A stretch of DNA of 64,000 nucleotides, from the NCBI GenBank assembly GCA_963713615.1, contig CAVQMM010000001.1, positions 3,584,001-3,648,000 of the forward strand, in the 5' to 3' direction. Shown piece after piece: positions 39,152 through 48,533 of the stretch. Positions within the stretch are counted from its first letter, which is position 1; each line of letters starts with the position of its first letter. A model generated the notes under the pieces. The model was not told the DNA's origin, made no database searches, and saw nothing but the letters and a program-made list of their open reading frames with translations. The DNA comes from an uncultured Chlamydiae bacterium (GTDB lineage Bacteria; Chlamydiota; Chlamydiia; Chlamydiales; JAJFMA01). Position numbers and translations under genes: made by a program.

Positions 39152-40348
39152 ATGGCTGACCATCGCGGAACAATTTTTAGCGGAACTTTATTGGTTGCAG
39201 GGACGACTATCGGCGGCGGGATGCTCGCTTTGCCAGTGTCGACTGCAGCAGCGGGTTTTGTGCCGTCGCTAGTAGTCTATGTTTTGTGCTGGGCTTTTAT
39301 GGCTTGCACAGGACTGCTCCTAGCAGAGGCTTGCCTGTGGTGTAAGGATGATGCTAACGTCGTGTCCATCGCAGGTCATACTTTGGGGCGTGTGGGTAAG
39401 GCATTTGCTTGGATCTGGTACCTGTTCTTGTTCTACTGCTTAACTTTGGCATATGTCGTTGGAAGCGGTAATTTTGCCAAAGAACTTGCCGGAGAGGCCC
39501 TTTCTCAGCGCACTTCCACGTTAGCTTTCGTCTTGCTCTTTGGAATTCTTGTCTATGCAGGTCCTAAAATCGTTTCTCGTGTCAACCTTTGGCTGATGCT
39601 GGGTTTAGCCCTGGCTTATGTGGGTTTTGTCATTCTGGGTACTCCTAACATCGATGTGGCTTTACTGGAGCGAAGAGATTGGTCTCAGACTTTTAATGCC
39701 CTTCCTATTGCTTTTGTCGCTTTCGCCTATCAAGGGCTTGTACCCACTCTCAGTCGCTATATGGCCTACGATCTTAAGCGCATTCGCGCATCCATTCTAT
39801 TGGGTACTTTTGCGACACTTGTTTGCTATATCATTTGGCAGGCGTTGATTCTAGGTATTGTTCCGTTGAATGGCCCTGGGGGGCTTGCCGAAGCAAAAAT
39901 GGCTGGTCAAAGCGCTGTACCGCCTCTCAAGCAGTTTTTGCAAAATCCCTATGTCTATGACTTGGGTCAGTTCTTTGCCTTTTTTGCCCTGACAACTTCT
40001 TTTTTGGGGGTTTCCTTGGGCTTAGTGGATTTTCTGGCCGATGGACTAGGGGTCAAGAAGACCCCTGTCGGAAAGTTGCTGTTGTGCTTAATGGTTTTTA
40101 TTCCTCCGCTGATTCTTGCGGAGCTTTATCCTACCGTATTTTTGTCAGCCCTGGATTTAGCAGGTGGGTTCGGTGTAGCGCTCCTGCTGGGGCTCTTGCC
40201 CATCCTTATTGTTTGGGCAGGTCGCTACTTTCATCATCTAACCGGACCTCACCTGCTACCTGGTGGCCTTTGGATTCTTCTTCTCCTTTTGCTTTTCGTC
40301 GTCATCGAAGTGACAATCGAAGTTAGCCATCTTTTCGTCAGGCTATAA
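39152..40348 (+). CDS. tyrP: aromatic amino acid (tyrosine) transporter, HAAAP family
   Basis: GTLLVAGTTIGGGMLALP, FFALTTSFLGVSLGLVDFLADG; follows glmS as in Chlamydia. Confidence 0.88.
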   Translation: MADHRGTIFSGTLLVAGTTIGGGMLALPVSTAAAGFVPSLVVYVLCWAFMACTGLLLAEACLWCKDDANVVSIAGHTLGRVGKAFAWIWYLFLFYCLTLAYVVGSGNFAKELAGEALSQRTSTLAFVLLFGILVYAGPKIVSRVNLWLMLGLALAYVGFVILGTPNIDVALLERRDWSQTFNALPIAFVAFAYQGLVPTLSRYMAYDLKRIRASILLGTFATLVCYIIWQALILGIVPLNGPGGLAEAKMAGQSAVPPLKQFLQNPYVYDLGQFFAFFALTTSFLGVSLGLVDFLADGLGVKKTPVGKLLLCLMVFIPPLILAELYPTVFLSALDLAGGFGVALLLGLLPILIVWAGRYFHHLTGPHLLPGGLWILLLLLLFVVIEVTIEVSHLFVRL

Positions 40349-40349
40349 T

Positions 40350-40784
40350 TTAGCGATCTTCCCATGGCACCGGAGGATGATCTGACGTTTCAGCTGGGAA
40401 ATAGTGCTGACTATGATTTGGCGTCATCATCATCAGGCTGTGTCTTGGCAAACGCCAGTAGCTATAGCCAGGAGTTCGGAAGGTTTGGGGAAACCATAGG
40501 TCTCCATATCGATAGGGATTGCCAAAGCCTAATCTATAGTAGGGATATCCTCCGTAAAAATAATAACCATGTCCCCATCCCCACGAGCCATTTGCTGCGT
40601 ACAGCAAGTGAAATCCAGGGGAACCTACTCCGCGTATGGCTGCTAATAATGACGTAGTTGCCCGGTTGGGCTCAGTGTTCGCAAAGGTGTTTCCTTTTGC
40701 AGGGCCTTCGCGTAGTGATTCCAGACTCCAGCACAATAGGAGTGTGGCAATAACAGACGATAATATAAATATGTGTAATTTCAT
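40350..40784 (-). CDS. secreted Tyr/Gly-rich small protein
   Basis: Signal-peptide-like N-terminus; GHGYYFYGGYPYY. Confidence 0.6.
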   Translation of the reverse strand: MKLHIFILSSVIATLLLCWSLESLREGPAKGNTFANTEPNRATTSLLAAIRGVGSPGFHLLYAANGSWGWGHGYYFYGGYPYYRLGFGNPYRYGDLWFPQTFRTPGYSYWRLPRHSLMMMTPNHSQHYFPAETSDHPPVPWEDR

Positions 40785-40891
40785 ATTTTGAGTCTCGTGT
40801 TTAATTAACAGTTACGGGTCACTGCATCTTTTATTATAGAAATCGATTATTATCGTGTAAATATAATTTTTTATTAACTACTTTAAATAGA

Positions 40892-40920
40892 AAAGCCTTG
40901 TGAATAATTCACAAGGCTTT
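40892..40920 (-). terminator. intrinsic terminator after ORF 40939-41316
   Basis: AAAGCCTTGTGAA-TAA-TTCACAAGGCTTT, followed by a T-rich tail on the minus strand. Confidence 0.7.
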
Positions 40921-40938
40921 GGATATTATAATGAGATT

Positions 40939-41316
40939 TTAGTGACGATGACCTCCGTGACCCATTCCTCCTCCGCGGCCTCCATGCCAATCCCCTCCTC
41001 TCCCTCCATAACCTTCGTTGTAGGACCCATAATATGGATAATCACCATAGATATAGTTCCCCCCTGTGTAATAGTCATACTGTTGATATGGATCGAAATA
41101 GTAGTCTGAGTCATTGTCGTCGTAATTATAACTATTATAGTTTCTGTCGTAGTTGTAATCATTGTCGTAGTCTCTATATCCATCACCATGGTCAAAATGA
41201 ATAACGATTGCTACCAATTTTGGGGAACTGACAGTTGTCGCTTGAAGATGAGTATTTGGTGTACTAATGAATAGCATGATAGCGGCAATAGGTACAAACA
41301 ACCATGTCGAGTACAT
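40939..41316 (-). CDS. secreted Tyr/Asp/Gly-rich small protein
   Basis: GGAGG RBS; signal peptide; 21 of 125 residues Tyr; RGG/His tail; has its own terminator. Confidence 0.8.
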   Translation of the reverse strand: MYSTWLFVPIAAIMLFISTPNTHLQATTVSSPKLVAIVIHFDHGDGYRDYDNDYNYDRNYNSYNYDDNDSDYYFDPYQQYDYYTGGNYIYGDYPYYGSYNEGYGGRGGDWHGGRGGGMGHGGHRH

Positions 41317-41444
41317 ATATCCTCCTGTGTCAAAATAAAGTATCGAGCTATAACAAAACAGAAATTAGCGAATTAATTTAATATTAAACTCGCCTATACA
41401 GCTATTATATTTGTCGTGGAATGTAATGTCAAATTTGTAATACT

Positions 41445-41482
41445 AAGTGGTCTCGCTGGATGAAACTCCAGAGAGACCACTT
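41445..41482 (-). terminator. hairpin downstream of ORF 41669-42031
   Basis: AAGTGGTCTCGCTGGA...TCCAGAGAGACCACTT. Confidence 0.55.
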
Positions 41483-41502
41483 CAGAAGTCGTGAAAAAAA
41501 CT

Positions 41503-41662
41503 GGCCTTGTTCGGCTTTCCGGGCAGAATTTCGGTCAGGCGAGAGGTCCCAGATGCAGCAGTCGACGACGAGGGAATAGCGCTAGCTATTGCCGAGGAGG
41601 CGAATGCTGCAGATGGGCGCCTCGCAGCCGACCGAAAACTGCGCGAAAAGTCGAACAAGGCC
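41503..41662. mobile_element. MITE family A, diverged subfamily A2, 160 bp, with 8-bp TSD
   Basis: GGCCTTGTTC...GAACAAGGCC; AAAAAACT duplicated at 41495-41502 and 41663-41670. Confidence 0.92.
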
Positions 41663-41668
41663 AAAAAA

Positions 41669-42031
41669 CTACCACGGGTAAGAGTAGTAATAGTCTTGTT
41701 CTTGGTAGGGGGTGTAGTAGTGAGGTTGAGTAGGAGTATAAAGATAGGTGGGTTCATCTAAGTAGTGATCTTCATAGGGGTAATAGGGATAGTAATTCGG
41801 ATAATCCTGATAGTAAGGATAGTGGTAGTGATGATAATGGTAGGGACGATACCAGTGATGATGCCCGCCCATTCTAATATGCCCACCCATCCTAATATGC
41901 CCGCCATGCCCGCGGGCAATTAAAGAGGTCCGAGGTGCAGATGGTGTAGGAGTGCTGTTACTGTAGAGACAGATACTGGGAAAAATTAATGCGATCGCGA
42001 GAATAGGGATGAAGAATAGTTTCGAGTACAT
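41669..42031 (-). CDS. secreted Tyr/His/Pro-rich small protein
   Basis: Signal peptide similar to ORF 41316 (MYS...); GGHIRM x2; 25 of 120 residues Tyr. Confidence 0.8.
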   Translation of the reverse strand: MYSKLFFIPILAIALIFPSICLYSNSTPTPSAPRTSLIARGHGGHIRMGGHIRMGGHHHWYRPYHYHHYHYPYYQDYPNYYPYYPYEDHYLDEPTYLYTPTQPHYYTPYQEQDYYYSYPW

Positions 42032-42131
42032 ATAACCCCCTTTGTGGGGACATTACGAGTAGGAGGAGAAAATATATTATTCCCTCTGTATTATATTATA
42101 TTAGTTAAATATTTTAATGAATAGATTAACG

Positions 42132-42291
42132 GGCCTTATTCACCTTTGCGGTCAGTTTTCGGTCGACTGCAAAAGGATCGTCTGTCGCGTTTTGCTCCTC
42201 GGACATAGCTGGCGCTATGCCCTCGTCACAAACCACGACATCCGACCTTTTTCGTCCGACCGAAATTCTGACCGTAAAGGTGAACAAGGCC
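42132..42291. mobile_element. MITE family A, 160 bp, with 8-bp TSD
   Basis: Same sequence as 544-703; GATTAACG duplicated at 42124-42131 and 42292-42299. Confidence 0.95.
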
Positions 42292-42411
42292 GATTAACGC
42301 AATGGTGTAAAGAGGGATTCACTTGCAGCATGATCATACTGTTCCATCTCATTTTGCCTAATTTTCTTAGCTTAACGTTTTGCGCCTTCGCGTTAAAATT
42401 TAGAGGAACCG

Positions 42412-43344
42412 TTAGTTCTCGAAGAGAGCTTCGACATAGGCTTCGGGATCGAAAGGAATCAAGTCATCGGCACCTTCACCGACGCCGATGAATTTCACAG
42501 GAATACCGAGTTTGCGTTGGATGCTGACGACGATGCCGCCTTTGGCGGACCCATCTAGCTTGGTAAGGATGAGACCTGTGACTGGCGTGAACTGATTGAA
42601 AATTTTGGCTTGATCGACAGCATTTTGACCTGTCGTGGCGTCCAAAACAAGCAAGGTTTCATGAGGGCTTCCGGCTAGGACTTTGCCACAGGAGCGGCGG
42701 ATTTTTTCGAGCTCTTGCATCAGAGGCGTTTTGGTATGCAGGCGTCCGGCGGTATCGAGAATGACTACATCGACCCCGCGCGCCTTGGCGGCGGTGACAG
42801 CATCGAAGGCTACAGCAGCAGGATCAGCTTTCGGTTGACCTTTGACGAGATCGACATCAACACGTTTGGCCCACATTTCGAGTTGTTCGATAGCAGCGGC
42901 GCGAAAGGTGTCCGCGGCTCCCAAAAGGACTTTTTTTCCTTCAGTGGTAAAGCGCTTGGCCAACTTTGCTACTGAGGTCGTTTTACCATTACCATTGACA
43001 CCGACGATGAGGATGACTGTGGGTTCGCCTAGGTTGGTATTTTCATTGATACCTGGATCCTGGCGGCCAATCATTGCTAGGATTTCGCTTTTAAGAGCTT
43101 GGATAAGAGCATCGCCCTTAAGAGATGGATCTTGACGATACAATTCTTTGATTTTGTTGGTGAGGTCGCCCGCCGTTTCCACTCCTAGATCGGCCTCGAA
43201 GAGCAGTTCTTCGAGCTTGTCTAAGGTTGTTTCATCAAGTTTGGAGCTAAAAAGCGAGCGAAGTCGACTACTCAGCGCCGCGCTAGTTTTAGCTAGCGCT
43301 TGCTTCACTTTATTATACCCAGATTTTAGAAAATGCAGTACCAT
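42412..43344 (-). CDS. ftsY: signal recognition particle receptor FtsY
   Basis: [34 protein letters not shown]; start uncertain (43344 or 43386). Confidence 0.96.
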   Translation of the reverse strand: MVLHFLKSGYNKVKQALAKTSAALSSRLRSLFSSKLDETTLDKLEELLFEADLGVETAGDLTNKIKELYRQDPSLKGDALIQALKSEILAMIGRQDPGINENTNLGEPTVILIVGVNGNGKTTSVAKLAKRFTTEGKKVLLGAADTFRAAAIEQLEMWAKRVDVDLVKGQPKADPAAVAFDAVTAAKARGVDVVILDTAGRLHTKTPLMQELEKIRRSCGKVLAGSPHETLLVLDATTGQNAVDQAKIFNQFTPVTGLILTKLDGSAKGGIVVSIQRKLGIPVKFIGVGEGADDLIPFDPEAYVEALFEN

Positions 43345-43449
43345 GCGGGTGAAGCCTTCTTTTTGCATTGGTTCATATTTTGCCACGCGCGCGCGTAGGG
43401 GTTAAGCTAACAGCTTAGCAGAGATAGAATTATCCTCAAAGGTCACCCA

Positions 43450-44616
43450 ATGAATATTCATGAATATCAGGCCAAAGACATTCTTAAGAAGTATGAGATT
43501 CCGGTGCCTGAGGGTGTCGTCGTCACCACCCCTGCGGAGGCACGTGAGGCCGTAGCCCTTCTAAACCTCAATGAAGCCATCGTCAAGGCTCAGGTACACA
43601 CGGGTGGTAGAGGCAAGGCTGGGGGCGTTAAGTTTGCCAAGACACGCATGGAAGCGTTAGAGTTTGTCGACAAGATGTTGGGTATGAAGCTGGTCACCAA
43701 TCAGACTGGTAAAGATGGTGTGATCGTTCATCAGGTTCTTTTGTATGCCCCAGAGAAAATAGAGCACGAATACTACCTTGGGGCAGTCATCGATCGCAAG
43801 CGTGGCAAGGCAGTACTCATTGCATCGCCAGAGGGTGGCGTAGACATCGAAGAGGTAGCGGCTCGACACCCCGATAGGATTTTGACGATTCCCATGCGTT
43901 TCGATGGCTTTCTTAGAGGCTACCATAAAGTTGCTTTGGCTAAGTTTATGGGATGGACTGGCGATGTTGCTAAGCAAGGAATTGGCATAGCCACTGCCTT
44001 AGCACGAGCATTTATCGAAAATGATGCATCGTTACTTGAAATTAACCCTTTGGTGTTAAACTCAAAGGGTAATTTAGTTGCTGTTGATGCTAAATTGAGT
44101 GCGGATGAGAATGCTCTGTTTCGTCATCCGGAACTCTCCAAGCTCTTTGACCCCACCCAGCTTCCCCCTGCTGAAGTGCATGCTAAAGCATTTGACCTCG
44201 CTTACGTGGCCTTAGAGGGTAACATCGGCTGTATGGTTAATGGCGCGGGTCTAGCCATGGCAACCATGGACATTATCCATCATTATGGTGGGCGACCAGC
44301 TAACTTCTTGGATGTTGGCGGAAGTGCTACTGAGGAAAAGGTTGCTGAGGGTTTCAAAATTATCCTTTCAGATCCATGTGTCCGGGCCATTTTAGTGAAT
44401 ATCTTTGGCGGTATCATGAACTGTGTCACCTTGGCTGGTGGAATCATCGTAGCGGTGGGACAGCTTCAGCTTTCTGTTCCATTGATTGTGCGTATGGAAG
44501 GTACCAATGTCCTTAATGGCAAAAAACTGCTCGCTGACTCTGGTTTAAACATTATTATTGCAGACAGTCTCGACGAAGCGGCGCGCAAGGCCGTAGCAGC
44601 GGCAAAAAGGGAGTAA
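43450..44616 (+). CDS. sucC: succinyl-CoA synthetase beta subunit
   Basis: [36 protein letters not shown]. Confidence 0.98.
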   Translation: MNIHEYQAKDILKKYEIPVPEGVVVTTPAEAREAVALLNLNEAIVKAQVHTGGRGKAGGVKFAKTRMEALEFVDKMLGMKLVTNQTGKDGVIVHQVLLYAPEKIEHEYYLGAVIDRKRGKAVLIASPEGGVDIEEVAARHPDRILTIPMRFDGFLRGYHKVALAKFMGWTGDVAKQGIGIATALARAFIENDASLLEINPLVLNSKGNLVAVDAKLSADENALFRHPELSKLFDPTQLPPAEVHAKAFDLAYVALEGNIGCMVNGAGLAMATMDIIHHYGGRPANFLDVGGSATEEKVAEGFKIILSDPCVRAILVNIFGGIMNCVTLAGGIIVAVGQLQLSVPLIVRMEGTNVLNGKKLLADSGLNIIIADSLDEAARKAVAAAKRE

Positions 44617-44623
44617 TACGACC

Positions 44624-45517
44624 ATGTCCATATTGGTTGACGAGACAACAAAGGTAATTACGCAAGGGATCACTGGTAAGGCTGGACGTTTCCATACGGA
44701 GCAATGTTTGCACTACGGCACACGTATGGTTGGTGGTGTTACCCCAGGTAAGGGGGGAGAGACCGTTCTGGATCTGCCCGTATACGATACTGTCGCTGAA
44801 GCTAGGGCCATCACGGGATGCAATGCTTCTATGATTTTTGTTCCTGCTGCTATGGCTGCTGAGGCCATCCTGGAAGCCGAAGAAGCGGGTATTGAAGTGA
44901 TTGTTTGCATCACGGAAGGCATCCCCGTCCGAGATATGCTCGAGGTCAGTCAGGTCATGCGCCAGAGTAAAACAAGTCGTTTAATAGGCCCCAACTGTCC
45001 TGGGATCATTACCCCTCCGAGCTGCAAGATTGGCATTATGCCTGGCTATATCCACAAGGCGGGCAAGGTGGGGATTGTTTCGCGATCCGGAACACTTACC
45101 TATGAAGCTGTGTGGCAGACGACGCAACTAGGCCTTGGCCAGTCCACCTGTGTTGGCATTGGAGGCGATCCTCTCAATGGAACCAGCTTCATAGATATTC
45201 TGCAGCTTTTTAATGAAGATTCCGATACCGAAGCCGTTCTGATGATCGGAGAGATTGGTGGCGATGCTGAGGAGCAAGCTGCGGGATGGATTAAAGAACA
45301 TAGCAGGAAACCCATAGCAGCCTTCATCGCCGGTTTGACTGCTCCTGCAGGACGCCGCATGGGTCATGCTGGTGCCATCGTGAGCGGGGGGCAAGGGACA
45401 GCTCAACAAAAAATTGAAGCTTTACGTGACGCGGGAGTTCTCCTAGCTGAGACACCAGCGGCGATGGGAGAGGCTATCAAAAGGGCTCTGGAGACTGGAG
45501 TTACCAAAAAATCATGA
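44624..45517 (+). CDS. sucD: succinyl-CoA synthetase alpha subunit
   Basis: [28 protein letters not shown]. Confidence 0.98.
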   Translation: MSILVDETTKVITQGITGKAGRFHTEQCLHYGTRMVGGVTPGKGGETVLDLPVYDTVAEARAITGCNASMIFVPAAMAAEAILEAEEAGIEVIVCITEGIPVRDMLEVSQVMRQSKTSRLIGPNCPGIITPPSCKIGIMPGYIHKAGKVGIVSRSGTLTYEAVWQTTQLGLGQSTCVGIGGDPLNGTSFIDILQLFNEDSDTEAVLMIGEIGGDAEEQAAGWIKEHSRKPIAAFIAGLTAPAGRRMGHAGAIVSGGQGTAQQKIEALRDAGVLLAETPAAMGEAIKRALETGVTKKS

Positions 45518-46656
45518 GTTTCGGCGGGCGGATCCCTATACGCATTCACCCTCTCTTTTGGCTGATGGCTGGGGCGATAGGGGTTCTATACAGTGGCGAT
45601 GGCGACATCAACCACATCTTGATTTGGATCGTCGTCATCTTCATCTCTGTCTTAGTACATGAGTTTGGTCACGCTTTGACAGGTCTAGCTTTTGGACAAT
45701 CTGTTTCCATTGATCTAATCGCTTTAGGAGGGCTGACACAAAGGCAGGGGCCTCCTCTCTCACTATTTAAGGAATTTTTGATCGTTTTGAATGGCCCCAT
45801 GGCGGGTTTCTGTCTGTTTATTGTCTGTTATGCTCTTTTTTCGATCTATCATGACCCCACTTCATTGATGACTTATGCTCTTGGCGCTGCTGTCAATGTA
45901 AATTTCTTTTGGACGCTTGTAAACCTGCTTCCTATTCAGCCTCTGGATGGCGGTAAGTTGTTGGTTATTTTTATGGAAGCGTTATTCGGGCTAAGGGGTG
46001 TGAAGATTGGCTATTTTATAGGAGTCCTGCTGGCGTCGGCCTTAGGACTATTCTATTTTGCGATTGGAGCTATGCTTCCCGGCGCTATCTTGCTGATGTT
46101 AGCTTTTGAAAGTTATCGAACGTGGCAAGGATCACTTGTAATGACGGACAAGGATCGGGATAGCCACCTGCTGGACTTATTGAAATCTGCTGAAAATCTC
46201 CTGACTATGGGTAAGATCGATCAGGCTGAACACCTGTTAAAACAAATCCGTTCCGAGGTAAAGGCGGGATTTCTATTTCTTGCCACCACTCAGCTGTTGG
46301 GACAGATAGCTGCTAAGAAGGGAGACTTTCATCAAGCTTATCTACTGCTACTATCAATAGAGAAGCATTTGAGCGATGACGATCTGGTGCTCTTGCATCA
46401 GTTGGCTTTTAGCAATCGTCAATGGAAACACGCGATTGCTGTTGGAGACAGGGTGCATCAGGGGCTTCCATCGTATGATACGGCTCTTTTGAATGCCCTC
46501 TCCCATGCGGTATTGGGCGAAGTTGAACCAGCGATTGGATGGCTTCGCTGTGCTATTGAGGAAGGGCTTCCTAATGTTAAGCGGGTGGTTATGCAAACCG
46601 AATTTGATCCTATCCGTGATAATCCTGACTTTAAGCACTTCGTAGCCACGTTGTAA
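45514..46656 (+). CDS. site-2 (M50) membrane metalloprotease with C-terminal TPR region
   Basis: HEFGH and [14 protein letters not shown]-like C-terminus. Confidence 0.9.
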   Translation: MSFGGRIPIRIHPLFWLMAGAIGVLYSGDGDINHILIWIVVIFISVLVHEFGHALTGLAFGQSVSIDLIALGGLTQRQGPPLSLFKEFLIVLNGPMAGFCLFIVCYALFSIYHDPTSLMTYALGAAVNVNFFWTLVNLLPIQPLDGGKLLVIFMEALFGLRGVKIGYFIGVLLASALGLFYFAIGAMLPGAILLMLAFESYRTWQGSLVMTDKDRDSHLLDLLKSAENLLTMGKIDQAEHLLKQIRSEVKAGFLFLATTQLLGQIAAKKGDFHQAYLLLLSIEKHLSDDDLVLLHQLAFSNRQWKHAIAVGDRVHQGLPSYDTALLNALSHAVLGEVEPAIGWLRCAIEEGLPNVKRVVMQTEFDPIRDNPDFKHFVATL

Positions 46657-46992
46657 GAGGTAGGATGGTAGATACGGTTCGTTCAGCTTTTTAGGAGTAA
46701 CACGGATGCACACGGATCTAGGAGGATTTAGGAGGATTGGATGGCAGATGCGGTTCGTTCGGCTTTTTAGGAGTAACACGGATGCACGCTGAATCTTTTA
46801 CAGAACCTCTTAAAAACCAATTTTATTGTTTTAGATTGACGAACGGTATTTGCTTTCCTAATCTTCCTAGATCCGTGTGCATCCGTGTTACTCCTAAAAA
46901 GCTGAACGAACCGCATCTGCCATCCAATCCTCCTAAATCCTCCTAGATCCGTGTGCATCCGTGTTACTCCTAAAAAGCCGAACGAACCGTAG
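46657..46992. repeat. family D copy 4
   Basis: Duplicated arms on both sides; lies between convergent genes. Confidence 0.95.
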
Positions 46993-46995
46993 CTG

Positions 46996-48519
46996 CTAGT
47001 GAATTTGGCTCAGTGCTTCCTCATTTAGCTTATACAGCTCCGCATAGCTAACAGCATTGCCATCGAGGAGCTTGTTCCAGTCGGCGTTACCATTGCGGTC
47101 TATCTCAGTATGCATCGTCAAGGGTCCAGTGGGCAAGTTTACATCGGCGCGTACAGTGTTAGGCATTAGATTGACCGAACCCTCGTCCACGACGTTGTAA
47201 AGCAGACATTTTTGACCTACCAGTTCGTCGCATGTACAGCTAATCGCTACACTATCGGCGATATCAACAGTATTGGCGGTCACACCAACCAGCAGGCTGT
47301 TGCGAATGATGCCTTTTTTGATGTGGCATCCGATAAGCACTGAGCTCTCGTCGACATCAAGCTCATCTTTAGCTAATTTTCGGTTATCGCTGCTGAAGAA
47401 AGTTCGAATGGCAATTCCTTCAGCATCTTTTTTAGTGAGCTTCAAGCAGTTATCGTAATAGGCCCTGAGGGTACCAAAATCCCACCAATAGCTATCCTGC
47501 CCTACATCGATAACCCCTAGAAATGGCGTTGTGCTATCACCTGCGATGCGCTTTCTCAGATTTTGCATGCGCAGATGATGACTTTGAGCGCCTGCCTTGG
47601 GTGTGCCTTTGGATACCATGACTCGGACATAGGTCTCTTCATCCAACGTTAGAGGCATCCACCAATGGGGATCGCTATCAAGCTTTCCCTTCTTGGCGGT
47701 AAGCTCAGGAGAAAATTCAGCCAATAGGCCTTCCAACAACTCAAGAGACAAGCTAAAGCTGCCTAAGCTCGTACCAAAGTTGTCTGTCGCCTTGACGATA
47801 TTGTCGCTGATCAGTCTTTGGAGTGTGTCATAATCCACTTTTTCTAGCTGCTTAGCGTCGCCATCGGACGAGATAGCCAGTAAGCCATAGCGACTAAGGC
47901 CTTTGGCATCCCAGACCTCTCGCGAGGGTAATGGAATAACACAGGCTAAGATGTCCGCATGGGTATGGGCTGTAGTCGGCTGTTTGGAGGGGATAAAGAT
48001 CTGATCACCCCAGAAGACCGATAGGCGGCCCTTACGTTTTTCGCCGAATAGGGCGGTCTGTCGTATAACAGCCTCTAGGATAGTGAGAAAATCCGAGGAG
48101 TCCGCATCAACTTTGAGGTTAGGGAGTTTGACCGCAGACTTATTATTACGTTCACTACCGGGAAGCGGCGCTAGGCGCGTGCCTTGACCGGCTGTATGGT
48201 ACATAGCTACAGAGGCCCCTTGGCGTTGTAGCTCGAGCAGGTCCATGTTATACAGTTGCTGTCCCTTGATAACAGCCTTTTGAAAGGCATAGAGAGTTCC
48301 AAGGGCATTCCCAGCACCACCAGGCCAGTCCTCTTGGATGACGATGACCTTAGTATCTACCGGTAGGCTATACCCGGCTGATTGGGCAAGCTTTTGCTGC
48401 CAATAGGCCTCTTGCTGACCATTGTTAGTCACGACAATAACAATGTCCATCCCTTCATCAGGCGGTGAGGCAAGGCTCATCGCTTTCACATGGTGTAGTA
48501 GCGTTTCCTCTGCGTTCAC
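46996..48519 (-). CDS. sugar-1-phosphate nucleotidyltransferase-like protein (GlgC/fucose pyrophosphorylase-like)
   Basis: AGQGTRLAPL...NNKSAV, FWGDQ and WWDFGT motifs; beta-helix-like C-terminus. Confidence 0.6.
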   Translation of the reverse strand: MNAEETLLHHVKAMSLASPPDEGMDIVIVVTNNGQQEAYWQQKLAQSAGYSLPVDTKVIVIQEDWPGGAGNALGTLYAFQKAVIKGQQLYNMDLLELQRQGASVAMYHTAGQGTRLAPLPGSERNNKSAVKLPNLKVDADSSDFLTILEAVIRQTALFGEKRKGRLSVFWGDQIFIPSKQPTTAHTHADILACVIPLPSREVWDAKGLSRYGLLAISSDGDAKQLEKVDYDTLQRLISDNIVKATDNFGTSLGSFSLSLELLEGLLAEFSPELTAKKGKLDSDPHWWMPLTLDEETYVRVMVSKGTPKAGAQSHHLRMQNLRKRIAGDSTTPFLGVIDVGQDSYWWDFGTLRAYYDNCLKLTKKDAEGIAIRTFFSSDNRKLAKDELDVDESSVLIGCHIKKGIIRNSLLVGVTANTVDIADSVAISCTCDELVGQKCLLYNVVDEGSVNLMPNTVRADVNLPTGPLTMHTEIDRNGNADWNKLLDGNAVSYAELYKLNEEALSQIH

Positions 48520-48533
48520 ATGATGCCTTCTTG

